Assembly (NCBI GenBank): GCA_038727135.1
Contig: JAVYWL010000001.1
Coordinates: 736,001 to 800,000, forward strand
Direction: 5' to 3'
Length of the DNA stretch: 64,000 bases
DNA from: Candidatus Bathyarchaeia archaeon
GTDB taxonomy: Archaea; Thermoproteota; Bathyarchaeia; Bathyarchaeales; Bathycorpusculaceae
Shown: one piece after another, positions 19,463 through 29,304 of the stretch
Numbering within the stretch: the stretch's first letter is position 1
Layout: every line of letters starts with the position of its first letter
Made by a program: the position numbers and the translations under genes
The notes under the pieces: generated by a model
The model's input: the letters and a program-made list of their open reading frames with translations, nothing else
Database searches by the model: none
What the model was told of the DNA's origin: nothing

Positions 19463-19553
19463 CATCGCCTTATAACAGCATTTATTATAAGAGGGATAAT
19501 TTTATTAGTTTGTTGGATGGTTGCAGTCTGTTATCTGCCCAGGGAAGACTGCC

Positions 19554-21335
19554 ATGTCGCTTCGTCAGCCTATCGTCTGTGTTCTTGGTCATGTGGATAC
19601 TGGTAAGACTCTTCTTTTGGATAAGATTCGCAAGACAAGTGTTCAAGCTCGCGAAGTTGGAGGTATGACACAGCATATTGGCGCCAGCTTCTTTCCAGTT
19701 GAAACCCTAAAACAAATGATTGGTCCATTGCTTTCGACTATTAAGGGCGAGATTGAGATTCCGGGATTGCTGGTTATTGACACGCCGGGGCATGAGGCTT
19801 TCACCAATTTGCGGAAACGCGGTGGCAGCGTAGCTGACATCGCTATTCTCGTCATTGACGTGCTTCGGGGTTTTGAGGCTCAAACTTATGAGTGTATTGA
19901 GATTTTGAAGGCTCGGAAGACGCCTTTCCTCGTGGCTGCCAACAAGATTGACCGCATTCCAGGCTGGAATTCTTATCCTGACACGCCTTTTTTGAAGGCT
20001 TATCAGCTTCAGGACAAGTATGTGCAGGAGGATTTGGACAACCGCCTTTACGAGATTATTGGCACTTTTTCGCGTTTGGGTTTTAGGGCTGACCGTTTCG
20101 ACCGAATAAAGGACTTCACAAGAACAGTGGCTATTGTTCCTACAAGCGCCAAGACAGGCGAGGGCATAACAGAGCTTTTGGCTGTTCTTGTGGGCTTGAC
20201 ACAGCAGTACCTTAAGAAGCGTTTACAAACCACTGTTGGACCAGCTAAAGGCACGGTTCTCGAAGTTAAAGAGGAGCCTGGGCTTGGCTTGACGCTTAAC
20301 ACAATAATTTATGATGGGACACTGCGGAAGGACGACTTGATAGTTGTTGGCGGTAAGGAGAAGCCCATAACAACGCGGGTTAGAGCCATCCTAGTGCCAA
20401 AGCCACTAGACGAAATTAGAGATCCAAGGGACAAGTTCTCTTCAGTGGATTCTGTTTCCGCAGCCGCCGGAGTGAAGATTGTTGCCCCAGACTTGGAGGG
20501 CGCCTTGGCTGGCGCGCCCTTGTATGCTGTTGGGGATGGCGAAGACCCTGAAAGGTATGTTAGGCTTGTCTCCGAAGAAATTGAGAGGATTAGGATTACG
20601 ACGGATGTGGATGGCGTTGTTTTGAAGGCTGACACGCTTGGCTCTTTGGAGGCTATAGCGGAAAACCTTAGGCGGAACGGTGTGCCCATCCGTTTGGCAG
20701 ACGTTGGCGACGTTTCAAAACGGGATGTTACCGAAGCCTCCATCGTTAAGGAGCATGAACCCTTCTACGGTGTCATTTTAGCCTTCAACGTTAAAGTTTT
20801 GCCAGACGCCGAGGAAGAAGCAAAAAACATTGGCGTCCAAATCTTTAAGGAAAAAATAATCTACCACTTGATAGACAATTATCTTTCTTGGCTTAAAACT
20901 CAAAGAGAAGCCAAAATTGAAGCTGAATTCGAAAAACTGGTTAAGCCTGGAAAAATCCAGATTTTGGAGGGCTATGTTTTCAGAAGAGCCAAACCAGCCA
21001 TAGTAGGCGTCGAAGTCCTAGCTGGAAGAATAAAGCCCAGAACAAGCCTAATAAGGGCTGAGGACGGCGAGGAAGTCGGCGAAATACAGCAAATCCAAGA
21101 GAAGGGAAAAGCCCTACCAGAGGCCAGACAGGGCATGCAAGTAGCCATAAGCCTAGACAAGCCCATGGTTGGAAGGCACATATTCGAAAAGGACATTTTA
21201 TACGTGAAAGTGCCAGAACAACACGCCAAAGCACTGCTCAAAAACTTTATGGACAAACTGACGCCCGACGAGCAAGAAGCCCTCAACGAGTACATCAACC
21301 TAATGCGGAAAAAGGTGCCCTTCTGGGCAACCTAG
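19554..21335 (+). CDS. infB: Translation initiation factor aIF5B (IF-2)
   Basis: LRQPIVCVLGHVDTGKT, TQHIGA, DTPGHEAF, NKID, ADTLGSLEA. Confidence 0.97.
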   Translation: MSLRQPIVCVLGHVDTGKTLLLDKIRKTSVQAREVGGMTQHIGASFFPVETLKQMIGPLLSTIKGEIEIPGLLVIDTPGHEAFTNLRKRGGSVADIAILVIDVLRGFEAQTYECIEILKARKTPFLVAANKIDRIPGWNSYPDTPFLKAYQLQDKYVQEDLDNRLYEIIGTFSRLGFRADRFDRIKDFTRTVAIVPTSAKTGEGITELLAVLVGLTQQYLKKRLQTTVGPAKGTVLEVKEEPGLGLTLNTIIYDGTLRKDDLIVVGGKEKPITTRVRAILVPKPLDEIRDPRDKFSSVDSVSAAAGVKIVAPDLEGALAGAPLYAVGDGEDPERYVRLVSEEIERIRITTDVDGVVLKADTLGSLEAIAENLRRNGVPIRLADVGDVSKRDVTEASIVKEHEPFYGVILAFNVKVLPDAEEEAKNIGVQIFKEKIIYHLIDNYLSWLKTQREAKIEAEFEKLVKPGKIQILEGYVFRRAKPAIVGVEVLAGRIKPRTSLIRAEDGEEVGEIQQIQEKGKALPEARQGMQVAISLDKPMVGRHIFEKDILYVKVPEQHAKALLKNFMDKLTPDEQEALNEYINLMRKKVPFWAT

Positions 21336-21351
21336 CCCTTTGAACTCAATT

Positions 21352-22467
21352 TTATGATAGAAGATGTATATTACCTAGGCGTACCCGTTTTAGGTGTTTT
21401 TCCGCTGCTTCTAGACATTCTGTTGCTTGTTTTCTGCTTGTGGTTGGCAAGTCATTCATAACGTAGCATGGGTAAAATGCTAAAAGCGTGTAGGGGATTT
21501 CTGGGTTTATTTGGCTTATGAACTGGGCTATTTTTTCGACTTCTTCTGCGTCCACATATCCTGGCACAAGTAGCGTGCTTGCCGTTAGGACTGGTGGTTC
21601 TGGGCGTTTCGCGTAATATTTTTCGCCTATCATTTGGAAGTTTTCTAGGGATGGTTTGTTGGATACTCCGCATAGGGCTATGGCTAGTGGCTCGCTCCAC
21701 GCTTTCAAGTCGAATTTTATGTTTCCTCCGCTTTTTAGGGCTAGTTCTGCGGCTTTCTCCGCCATTTTTGGGTTCATGTAGCCGTTGGTTTCCCAGCAGA
21801 CTCGCATTATTCGCTTTTCCTCTTCGGCTTTTTCTAGGGCTATGCGACTTGCCTCCAGCGAGTGTGGCATCTGCGGGGACGGGTCTCCTCCAAAGTAGCA
21901 TATGCATGAAACCCTTTTGTCGAAGGCTTTTTGGGCTAGGGTTTCGGCGCTCATAACTGGCTTGTGTTTGGCTGAAAGATTGCGATAATGCCAGTTTTGG
22001 CAGAAGAGGCAGTCGTAACTGCATGCGCCGTAGAAAACTGCCAAATTGTAATAGCCGTATTCTGGTTCTGGCTTGTAGGCGTATTTCGGATAGCCATTGC
22101 CAGTGCATCCTGGACAAAACCACCAGCTTACACAGTTGGTGGGCAAGCCATCATAATACCATTCCAAGACGCCTTGTTCTGCTGTTCCGCCGAAACGGAC
22201 GAGGCGACCGCCAACATTCCAGACAAGCCCACAAAAGCCGCTTCCACCAACGCCTATGACACAGTTGTTGGCACAAACACCGCATGGAAGTCCGCCCTTA
22301 TCTCGTGGTGGTTCTGAAGGTAAACCATAAACGGCTCTGCTCTTGGCATGGGCTTCCCTTGCGGCTTCTAGGGCTTTTTCAGGCTTTTCCCTAATACATT
22401 TCAGGCAGACGCCCAAATTCCCAGAGATTAGTGGCGAACTTTCACCGCAAACCCGACATTTCCCCAT
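21352..22467 (-). CDS. Radical SAM protein (PflA/AmrS-like) with Cys-rich N-terminus
   Basis: CSYDCLFCQN (CxxxCxxC), FGGDP, ETNG, FDLKAW; extra CxxC motifs. Confidence 0.9.
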   Translation of the reverse strand: MGKCRVCGESSPLISGNLGVCLKCIREKPEKALEAAREAHAKSRAVYGLPSEPPRDKGGLPCGVCANNCVIGVGGSGFCGLVWNVGGRLVRFGGTAEQGVLEWYYDGLPTNCVSWWFCPGCTGNGYPKYAYKPEPEYGYYNLAVFYGACSYDCLFCQNWHYRNLSAKHKPVMSAETLAQKAFDKRVSCICYFGGDPSPQMPHSLEASRIALEKAEEEKRIMRVCWETNGYMNPKMAEKAAELALKSGGNIKFDLKAWSEPLAIALCGVSNKPSLENFQMIGEKYYAKRPEPPVLTASTLLVPGYVDAEEVEKIAQFISQINPEIPYTLLAFYPCYVMNDLPTTSRKQATECLEAAEKHLKRVRLGNIHLLS

Positions 22468-22550
22468 CGCAAGCTCAAGAAAACTATTGCTTATCAAACC
22501 TAAAAATCTAGAGGGGAAAGTCCACTATTGGCTTTCCCACAAGCCAAAAA

Positions 22551-22598
22551 CCTAGAGAGGGTATCCAATTTAGCAAAACCCCACAGCCTAAAATTGAC
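22551..22598. repeat. Dispersed ~48-bp intergenic repeat, copy 1
   Basis: cctagagagggtatccaattt...cctaaaattgac; 38/48 ungapped identity to 46053-46100. Confidence 0.75.
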
Positions 22599-22613
22599 CG
22601 AACAGCCTTCCTT

Positions 22614-22907
22614 TTAGCCGCCGCCCACTGGTGGTATAATTGCCAAGACGTCGCCATCTGCCAGTTCCGTCTTAAGCCCTTTCATGGTGGAGGCGCTTCT
22701 CCCATTTATTAGGAATTGGAGGAAACCCTTCACATCACCGGTTTTACTATCATAAACGTATTCAACAAAGTCTTTCCCATACTGTTTCGCCAATCTTCCC
22801 AGCACTTTTTCCACAGTTACGTTTTCCCCGTCTGGAAATTCCAGCGTCTCCTCTCTCTTGCCGGTAATTTCCCGAAGGGTGGTGAAGAAGCGCACCGAAA
22901 CCCTCAA
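22614..22907 (-). CDS. MoaD/ThiS family ubiquitin-like sulfur carrier (SAMP-like)
   Basis: VRFFTTLRE, LINGR, LADGDVLAIIPPVGGG with C-terminal di-glycine. Confidence 0.92.
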   Translation of the reverse strand: MRVSVRFFTTLREITGKREETLEFPDGENVTVEKVLGRLAKQYGKDFVEYVYDSKTGDVKGFLQFLINGRSASTMKGLKTELADGDVLAIIPPVGGG

Positions 22908-23007
22908 GGCTTTTCACCATCAACAATGGAATATAAAACATATGGAAAAGCTTTTCCCAAGGCAGAAGCCACTCTTATAGGCAAAACACCACTTAAAGTG
23001 CATATCA

Positions 23008-23562
23008 TTGGATATAGCCACAATACTGGTCATAGCCGTCGGGCTTGCAATGGACGCCTTCAGCGTCTCCATAGCCTATAGCATAACAGCCAAAGGCAAC
23101 GGCAAAACCAACGCCTTAAAGATGGCTTCATCCTTCGGAGCCTTCCAAGCCTTCATGCCAGTAATAGGATGGCTGTTAGGCGTTGAAATCCTAGAGCTTA
23201 TAGCCGGCTTCGACCACTGGCTTGCATTTCTTCTCTTAACCCTCATCGGATGCAAAATGATTTATGAAGCAGTAATCGCCAAGCATCAACCAAAAAACAA
23301 GAGACTCGACTTTCCCACACTTTTATTGTTGTCTATTGCCACAAGCATAGACGCCCTAGCAGTGGGCTTAAGCTTCGCCTTCCTAAAAGTCTCCATAACC
23401 ACGCCAATAGCCATAATAGGCACAATAACCTTCACGCTGTGCCTTATAGGCGCAACTATAGGCGACAGGCTCGGAAAGACTTTTTCAGACAAAATTGAAG
23501 TTTTAGGTGGACTAATCCTAATAGGCATAGGCGCAAAAATCCTCATTGAGCATATGGCTTAA
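23008..23562 (+). CDS. mntP: Manganese efflux pump MntP family
   Basis: GLAMDAFSVS, FQAFMP, DHW, ATSIDALAVG. Confidence 0.92.
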   Translation: MDIATILVIAVGLAMDAFSVSIAYSITAKGNGKTNALKMASSFGAFQAFMPVIGWLLGVEILELIAGFDHWLAFLLLTLIGCKMIYEAVIAKHQPKNKRLDFPTLLLLSIATSIDALAVGLSFAFLKVSITTPIAIIGTITFTLCLIGATIGDRLGKTFSDKIEVLGGLILIGIGAKILIEHMA

Positions 23563-23674
23563 GCTTATGCATGTGCTAGGTTAAACTCCAACTTCTTTTT
23601 TGGAAAAGTTTATATTTTACCGCATTTTTGCTTAACCACGAAACCATTTTAACATTGATTGGAGGAAAAGCTGT

Positions 23675-25327
23675 ATGGCTTACTTAACAACAACAGCTTC
23701 AGGTCAGCCCGTCTTAATCCTAAAAGAGGGGACAGCCCGAAGCCGCGGAAGAGAAGCCCAAAGAAACAACATTATGGCAGCCCGCATTATAGGCGAAGTC
23801 CTAAAAACAACACTTGGTCCCCGCGGCATGGATAAAATGCTTATTGACAGCCTTGGCGACATAACAATAACCAATGATGGCGCCGCAATTTTGGACGAGA
23901 TTGAGGTGGAGCATCCAGCCGCCAAAATGATGGTGGAAGTGGCAAAAACCCAAGATGACATGGTGGGCGACGGAACAACAACAGCCGTTGTCTTGGCTGG
24001 CGAACTCTTGAAAAAAGCTGAGGAGCTCCTAGACCAGAACATTCACCCAACAATAATTGTTAGCGGTTATCGAAAAGCCGCTCAAAAGGCTGTGGAGGTG
24101 ATAAACCGCATAGCCAAGCCTGTGGACATCGAAGACCGTGAAACCCTCCGAAAGGTGGCTTTAACATCCATGGCAAGCAAAGCCGTTGGTCCAGCCAAAG
24201 AACACTTGGCAGAGATAGCCATAGACGCCGTAAAACAAATCGTTGAGAAGAGGGGCGATAGGCTGGTTGCGGACATAGATAACATTCAGATAATTAAGAA
24301 GACTGGCAAGGGGCTCTTCGAATCCCAGCTTGTAAGGGGAGTAATAATAGACAAGGAAGTTGTCCACCCGGGAATGCCGAAGAAAATTGAAAATGCAAAA
24401 ATTGCATTACTAGACTGTCCACTGGAGATTGAGAAGACAGAGTTCAGCGCTGAAATACGCATCCGCGATCCATCCCAGATGAAAGCCTTCCTAGACCAGG
24501 AAACCCAAATGCTCAAGGAAATGGTTGAGAAGATTAAGGCTGCAGGCGCCAACGTTGTCTTCTGTCAAAAGGGCATAGACGACATGGCACAACACTTCCT
24601 AGCCAAGGAGGGCATACTAGCCGCCAGAAGGGTCAAACAGTCAGACATGGAAAAGCTGGCAAGAGCCACAGGCGGAAGAATAGTTACAGACCTAGACGAC
24701 CTGACACCGCAAGATTTGGGTACCGCTGGCGTTGTGGAAGAGCGGAAAATCGGCGAGGACAAAATGATATTTGTTGAAGACTGCAAGAACCCGCGTTCTG
24801 TTGGCATTCTCATAAGGGCTGGACTTGAAAGGATGGTGGACGAGGCGGAACGAGCCATGACGGACGCTCTGTCAGTGGTTTCAGACGTAATAGAACACAA
24901 CAAAATCGTGGCTGGAGGCGGCGCAGTAGAAGTTGAAATAGCCAAAGAGCTCAGAGACTACGCGGCAAAGGTTGGCGGAAGAGAACAACTAGCCATAGAA
25001 GCCTTCGCAGACGCCATAGAAATAATACCACGAACACTGGCTGAAAACGCTGGGCTAGAACCAATAGACATAATAGTTGAGCTTAGGGCTGCCCACGAAA
25101 AAACCGACGGCCACTACATGGGCGTAAACGTGTTCACAGGGAAAGTCGAAGACATGTACAACAACGGCGTTGTTGAACCAGCCATAGTCAAGGAGCAAGC
25201 GGTAAAATCAGCCACAGAATCAGCCTCCATGATACTCCGCATAGACGACGTCATAGCTGCATCAAAACCGAAAGAAGAAAAGGAGAAAGAAAAGCCTCCA
25301 AGCGAAACCGAAAGCGAAGAATTCTAA
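23675..25327 (+). CDS. ths: Thermosome subunit (second paralog)
   Basis: [29 protein letters not shown]. Confidence 0.97.
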   Translation: MAYLTTTASGQPVLILKEGTARSRGREAQRNNIMAARIIGEVLKTTLGPRGMDKMLIDSLGDITITNDGAAILDEIEVEHPAAKMMVEVAKTQDDMVGDGTTTAVVLAGELLKKAEELLDQNIHPTIIVSGYRKAAQKAVEVINRIAKPVDIEDRETLRKVALTSMASKAVGPAKEHLAEIAIDAVKQIVEKRGDRLVADIDNIQIIKKTGKGLFESQLVRGVIIDKEVVHPGMPKKIENAKIALLDCPLEIEKTEFSAEIRIRDPSQMKAFLDQETQMLKEMVEKIKAAGANVVFCQKGIDDMAQHFLAKEGILAARRVKQSDMEKLARATGGRIVTDLDDLTPQDLGTAGVVEERKIGEDKMIFVEDCKNPRSVGILIRAGLERMVDEAERAMTDALSVVSDVIEHNKIVAGGGAVEVEIAKELRDYAAKVGGREQLAIEAFADAIEIIPRTLAENAGLEPIDIIVELRAAHEKTDGHYMGVNVFTGKVEDMYNNGVVEPAIVKEQAVKSATESASMILRIDDVIAASKPKEEKEKEKPPSETESEEF

Positions 25328-25435
25328 ATCACCCAAACTTTTTCTAAACCCTAAAACTGTTTGACTATTGTTTTCCTTAAAACTTTAAAGGAATCTTTTT
25401 CCATCATGTTTTGCATTGTTTGGTTAGTGATTACC

Positions 25436-26365
25436 ATGCCTTTGGTTTGCAGCAAGTGCCGCTTGGCAAGCGCTGAAGTACAGATTCCATACGCCAAGCT
25501 AAATCTCTGCCCGGGCTGCTTCATGGACTTCTATAAAGCCAGAGTGCGGAAAACCGTTGAAGAATTTAAAATGTTTAGGGAAGACGACACTGTTGGCGTA
25601 GCCGTTTCAGGCGGAAAGGACAGCGCCGCACTCTTGCATGTTTTGCGGCAAGCCTATCCAAGGCTTGGACTTAAAGCCCTACACATAAACTTGGGCATAC
25701 CAGAATATTCGGCGCATTGTCAAGAAAAGGTTGAAAAGCTTGCAGACATTTTGGATGTTGAGTTGCATGTTTTCAGCCTTCCAGAAGAGCTGGGCATAAG
25801 CATAGGAGACTTTAAGAAAACGCCATTCAAAGGGAAAATATGCTCTGCTTGTGGAACAATTAAACGCCGCGTCTTCGAAGAGCTAGCCATAAAAGCCAAA
25901 GTTCGGGTTTTGGCAACAGGCCACAACTTGGAGGACGTTGCAGGCGTGTTGTTTAACAACTTCCTTTACGGACGATGGGAACAGTTCGTGAGGCTTAAAC
26001 CAGTTCTGCCTCCGCTGGCGGAGGGCATGGCCTCAAAGGTTAAGCCCCTAATGAAATGTCCGGAAAACGAGAATCTGCTTTACTGCCTTTATGGGGATGT
26101 TCCTTTCCGCGAAATTGACTGCCCTTACGCAACTGGAACCGGCGTGAGGAAAAGAGCAAAAATTCTGGAGTTTTTGTCGAGGGATAACCCATATTTTAGG
26201 CATCAACTCTTGAACCGATTCTTAGAAATCATGCCGCTGGTTGAAAGTGTTACACAAAAGCCTACACTAGGTCGATGTAAGGTTTGTGGTTTCCCCTCGT
26301 CCAGCGAAGTTTGTGCCTTCTGCAGACGCCTAGCCATGGTTAGGGAAGCCGCTGGCAAAGTTTAA
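25436..26365 (+). CDS. TtuA/Ncs6 family tRNA 2-thiolation protein
   Basis: N-terminal CxxC..CxxC, SGGKDS PP-loop, CSAC, GHNLED, CPY, C-terminal CxxC..CxxC. Confidence 0.87.
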   Translation: MPLVCSKCRLASAEVQIPYAKLNLCPGCFMDFYKARVRKTVEEFKMFREDDTVGVAVSGGKDSAALLHVLRQAYPRLGLKALHINLGIPEYSAHCQEKVEKLADILDVELHVFSLPEELGISIGDFKKTPFKGKICSACGTIKRRVFEELAIKAKVRVLATGHNLEDVAGVLFNNFLYGRWEQFVRLKPVLPPLAEGMASKVKPLMKCPENENLLYCLYGDVPFREIDCPYATGTGVRKRAKILEFLSRDNPYFRHQLLNRFLEIMPLVESVTQKPTLGRCKVCGFPSSSEVCAFCRRLAMVREAAGKV

Positions 26366-26390
26366 GCCTTTAAAGGTTCTAAAAATTATT

Positions 26391-26984
26391 GTGGACCAGA
26401 TTCCAGAGCATCAACACCTATATCTTGTGAAGAATCTTAGGGGAATAATCTACCTTTCAAGAGATGTTTCTCCAGAGAAAGAGGTTGAGTGGCTTAAGAG
26501 AAAGTTTAGGTATAGGGAACTGGGCGTTTCAGAAACCCTAAAGCTCGAGCTAAAATGGAAGAAGCTCCTAACCCTGCCAAAAATTGTGGATAACCCGGTT
26601 TTAGATTCGCTTATACTAGCCTCCAGCTTTGTGTGCCCATTAATAGTTTTGAAGGAGGAAAGCCTAAAAGACTTCGAAAACGCTGTAGTCGCATCCCTCA
26701 AAACAAAGGAGAAGCTTGGAGACAAGGACCTAAAATTCAATTTAAGGCTTGTAAATTACGCCATAACCGACTTTTACACGAAATCCATAGAGCTTGCACT
26801 TCACTCTGATTTGGATGGGCGGAAAAGGCTTGCTGAAAAAGACTTGAAAAGGTTTTGGAGAATCCCAGAAAATACCAGCGGAAAAACTTTAATTGCCTAC
26901 ATAGACCCGCTTCTGGTTAAAAGCAACTTGCAAAAGCCAGTATACATGAGCTTGGTTCCAAGTCTAGTTCTTGACTTAAGCTAA
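26391..26984 (+). CDS. Hypothetical protein
   Basis: 197-aa ORF co-oriented just downstream of the TtuA-like gene; no motif recognised. Confidence 0.7.
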   Translation: MDQIPEHQHLYLVKNLRGIIYLSRDVSPEKEVEWLKRKFRYRELGVSETLKLELKWKKLLTLPKIVDNPVLDSLILASSFVCPLIVLKEESLKDFENAVVASLKTKEKLGDKDLKFNLRLVNYAITDFYTKSIELALHSDLDGRKRLAEKDLKRFWRIPENTSGKTLIAYIDPLLVKSNLQKPVYMSLVPSLVLDLS

Positions 26985-27017
26985 AACGTGTTATGTTTAT
27001 TCGGAATTCGACCTTAA

Positions 27018-27036
27018 AATATGAATAATTCATATT
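27018..27036. promoter_or_regulatory. Perfect palindrome AATATGAA-TAA-TTCATATT, candidate operator
   Basis: 8-bp inverted arms with 3-nt spacer, upstream of TATA-like cttaag (27051) and a small ORF. Confidence 0.45.
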
Positions 27037-27089
27037 GAAAATTCACACAACTTAAGTCTTCTGGCACTAAAATTTCTATTCGGAGAAGA

Positions 27090-27260
27090 ATGCGGGACAG
27101 GAAGAGCTTGGGAGAACAATACTATTGTATAATAGAAGTTAGGGTTCCAAGCGGCCCAAAAGGTTGGCAGGAAACCGTTAACGGCAAGATGAGGCAGGTT
27201 TTGGAGAAGCTTAAGATCAGTGTTGAGGAGTTGGGCGGCAAAGTTTACATCAGATATTAA
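27090..27260 (+). CDS. Small hypothetical protein (56 aa)
   Basis: MRDRKSLGEQYYCIIEVRVPSGPKGWQETVNGKMRQVLEKLKISVEELGGKVYIRY; GGAG upstream; shares TTAA stop overlap with the convergent macrodomain gene. Confidence 0.55.
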   Translation: MRDRKSLGEQYYCIIEVRVPSGPKGWQETVNGKMRQVLEKLKISVEELGGKVYIRY

Positions 27261-27835
27261 CGTTGGCTATTGAGAATTTCTTTTGCCGCTTCCTTATAAA
27301 CTTCAAAGTCATGCCTACTGTAGAGGACAAGCACCACCTCTTCAAGTTTGTCCTCCTTTTCCAAGAACTCTTTGACTGTTTTTAGGGCTACTTTGCAAGC
27401 TTGCTCTATAGGGTATCCGTAGGCACCTGTGCTTATTGATGGAAAGGCTATTGTCTTCAATCCTTTTGAAACGGCTAGTGCCAAAGAGTTGCGGTAGGCT
27501 TCAGCCAAAAGTTCTGGCTCCCCGCTTTTTCCTCCCCGCCAAATCGGTCCAACAGTGTGGATAACATATTTAGCCTTTAAGTTTCCGCCCGTGGTGATTA
27601 CGGCTTTTCCTGTTGGAAGTCCGTTGGGCCATTCGGTTGCCCTTATACGTTTGCACTCTTCTAGGATTTTTGGTCCGCCCTTTCTATGGATGGCTCCGTC
27701 TACCCCGCCGCCTCCCATGAGGGATGGGTTTGCAGCGTTTACTATGGCGTCTGTTTCCATTTCTGTTATGTCTCCCTGAACTAGGCACAATTTCGCCTTT
27801 CCAATCTGGTATTCGATTTTCTCCGCCATTGCCAA
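27257..27835 (-). CDS. Macrodomain O-acetyl-ADP-ribose deacetylase (YmdB-like)
   Basis: GDIT, IVNAANPSLMGGGGVDGAIH, IHTVGP, AFPSISTGAYGYP. Confidence 0.95.
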   Translation of the reverse strand: MAMAEKIEYQIGKAKLCLVQGDITEMETDAIVNAANPSLMGGGGVDGAIHRKGGPKILEECKRIRATEWPNGLPTGKAVITTGGNLKAKYVIHTVGPIWRGGKSGEPELLAEAYRNSLALAVSKGLKTIAFPSISTGAYGYPIEQACKVALKTVKEFLEKEDKLEEVVLVLYSRHDFEVYKEAAKEILNSQR

Positions 27836-27930
27836 CCCTCATTTATTGTACATGGTTGGCTTAGATTTTTAAATGTTTAAGCTTATCAGCAAGCATCGGC
27901 ATACTAAAATGGCGAGGGAGTGTCAACAAA

Positions 27931-29304
27931 ATGGATTATGGCAGACTGGAAGAATTCATCTTCGAAAAGCTTTCAAGAACTCATCTTCCCGGACTAAGCT
28001 TGGCAATAATTAAAGATAGTGAATTAGCCTATTGCAGAGGTTTTGGCTTCCGCGACTTGGATTATGGCTTGATGGCTACACCGGAAACCCTATACGGCGT
28101 TGGCTCGGTCACGAAGTCTTTTACGGCTTTGTCCATAATGCAGCTTGCTGAGAAAGGGAAACTAAGCCTAGACGACCCTGTTAAGAAGTATGTTCCAATA
28201 GATTTGGAGCCTAAAGGCGGAAAACCCGTTGAAATTTGGCATCTGCTTTGCCATGCTTCTGGTATACCAGCACTTGCCTATGCTGAAGGCTTAATCCGAT
28301 ATATGACTGGGGCTGGCGGCAAATGGGTGCTCATCGCCAGCGCGGAAGACCTTTTCACATTCATGCGGGACGCGAACCATTGGGCTTTGGCAGAGCCGGG
28401 CGAAAGGTGGTTCTATCTTAATGAGGGCTATGTGATTTTGGGCTACATTATCGAAAAGGTTTCCGGCATAAGCTATGACAAGTATGTTAAAGAGAACATA
28501 CTCAAACCCTTAAAGATGGATAGAAGCTTTTTCCGCAGGGAGGATGTGGAGGCAGACGCCAATGTTGCAACCCCATACATAATCACCCGAGACGGAGAGC
28601 TCAAAAAGTCCGTATTTCCTTACGGGATTTACGCGGATGGTGGATTGATAAGCAATGTTGTTGATTTGGCACGCTACATCATTATGTACCTTAACAGAGG
28701 AAGATACGATGGAAACGCTCTTGCCTCTTCAGAGTCCGTTGAGGAGATGGAAAAACCGCGGGTTAAGATGCCGCTTCAAGTTTTCGGCGGAGAATCCTAC
28801 GGTTATGGATTAAGCGTAATCCCGAACTTCTTTGGCTACAAACTCGTTGGACACGGCGGCTCAGTGCTTGTTTATACGGCTTATATAGGCTATGTTCCAG
28901 AAAAACGGGTTGGCGTGGCGCTTTTAGCGAATGGAAGTGGTTATCCGCTATCGCAGATGGGATTGTATGCGCTTGCTCTATTGCTGGACAAAGACCCCGA
29001 CGAGCTTCCCTTCATCAAATACGAGAAAGTCTACGAGTTGTTAAGCGGTTTATACCAGACATACAAAGGGACTATGGACGCCAAGGTCGTGCCTAAAGGC
29101 GGACTTCTCCAAATAGAAATTTGCGACAAATACACCGACATGATAATACCATTAATCCCAGAGGACATTGAAGGCGACGTGAAAAGGTTTTATGCCTTGC
29201 AAGCTGGCGGGAAACTTCCAGTAGAGTTCATTGTTGACGGCGACCGTGTCGAGCTTATTTATGAGCGTTATAGACTGAAAAAAGTGGGCAACCTACCACA
29301 ATAA
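27931..29304 (+). CDS. Beta-lactamase-family serine peptidase, Pab87/CubicO-like
   Basis: SVTK (SxxK), YLN, GHGG; C-terminal beta domain ending LIYERY. Confidence 0.88.
   Translation: MDYGRLEEFIFEKLSRTHLPGLSLAIIKDSELAYCRGFGFRDLDYGLMATPETLYGVGSVTKSFTALSIMQLAEKGKLSLDDPVKKYVPIDLEPKGGKPVEIWHLLCHASGIPALAYAEGLIRYMTGAGGKWVLIASAEDLFTFMRDANHWALAEPGERWFYLNEGYVILGYIIEKVSGISYDKYVKENILKPLKMDRSFFRREDVEADANVATPYIITRDGELKKSVFPYGIYADGGLISNVVDLARYIIMYLNRGRYDGNALASSESVEEMEKPRVKMPLQVFGGESYGYGLSVIPNFFGYKLVGHGGSVLVYTAYIGYVPEKRVGVALLANGSGYPLSQMGLYALALLLDKDPDELPFIKYEKVYELLSGLYQTYKGTMDAKVVPKGGLLQIEICDKYTDMIIPLIPEDIEGDVKRFYALQAGGKLPVEFIVDGDRVELIYERYRLKKVGNLPQ

Noticed and set aside
21452-22123. 223-aa alternative-frame ORF inside the radical SAM gene
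   Set aside because: Arg/Pro/Ser-rich with no motifs and fully nested in a well-supported gene; a shadow ORF, like most short antisense ORFs in the track
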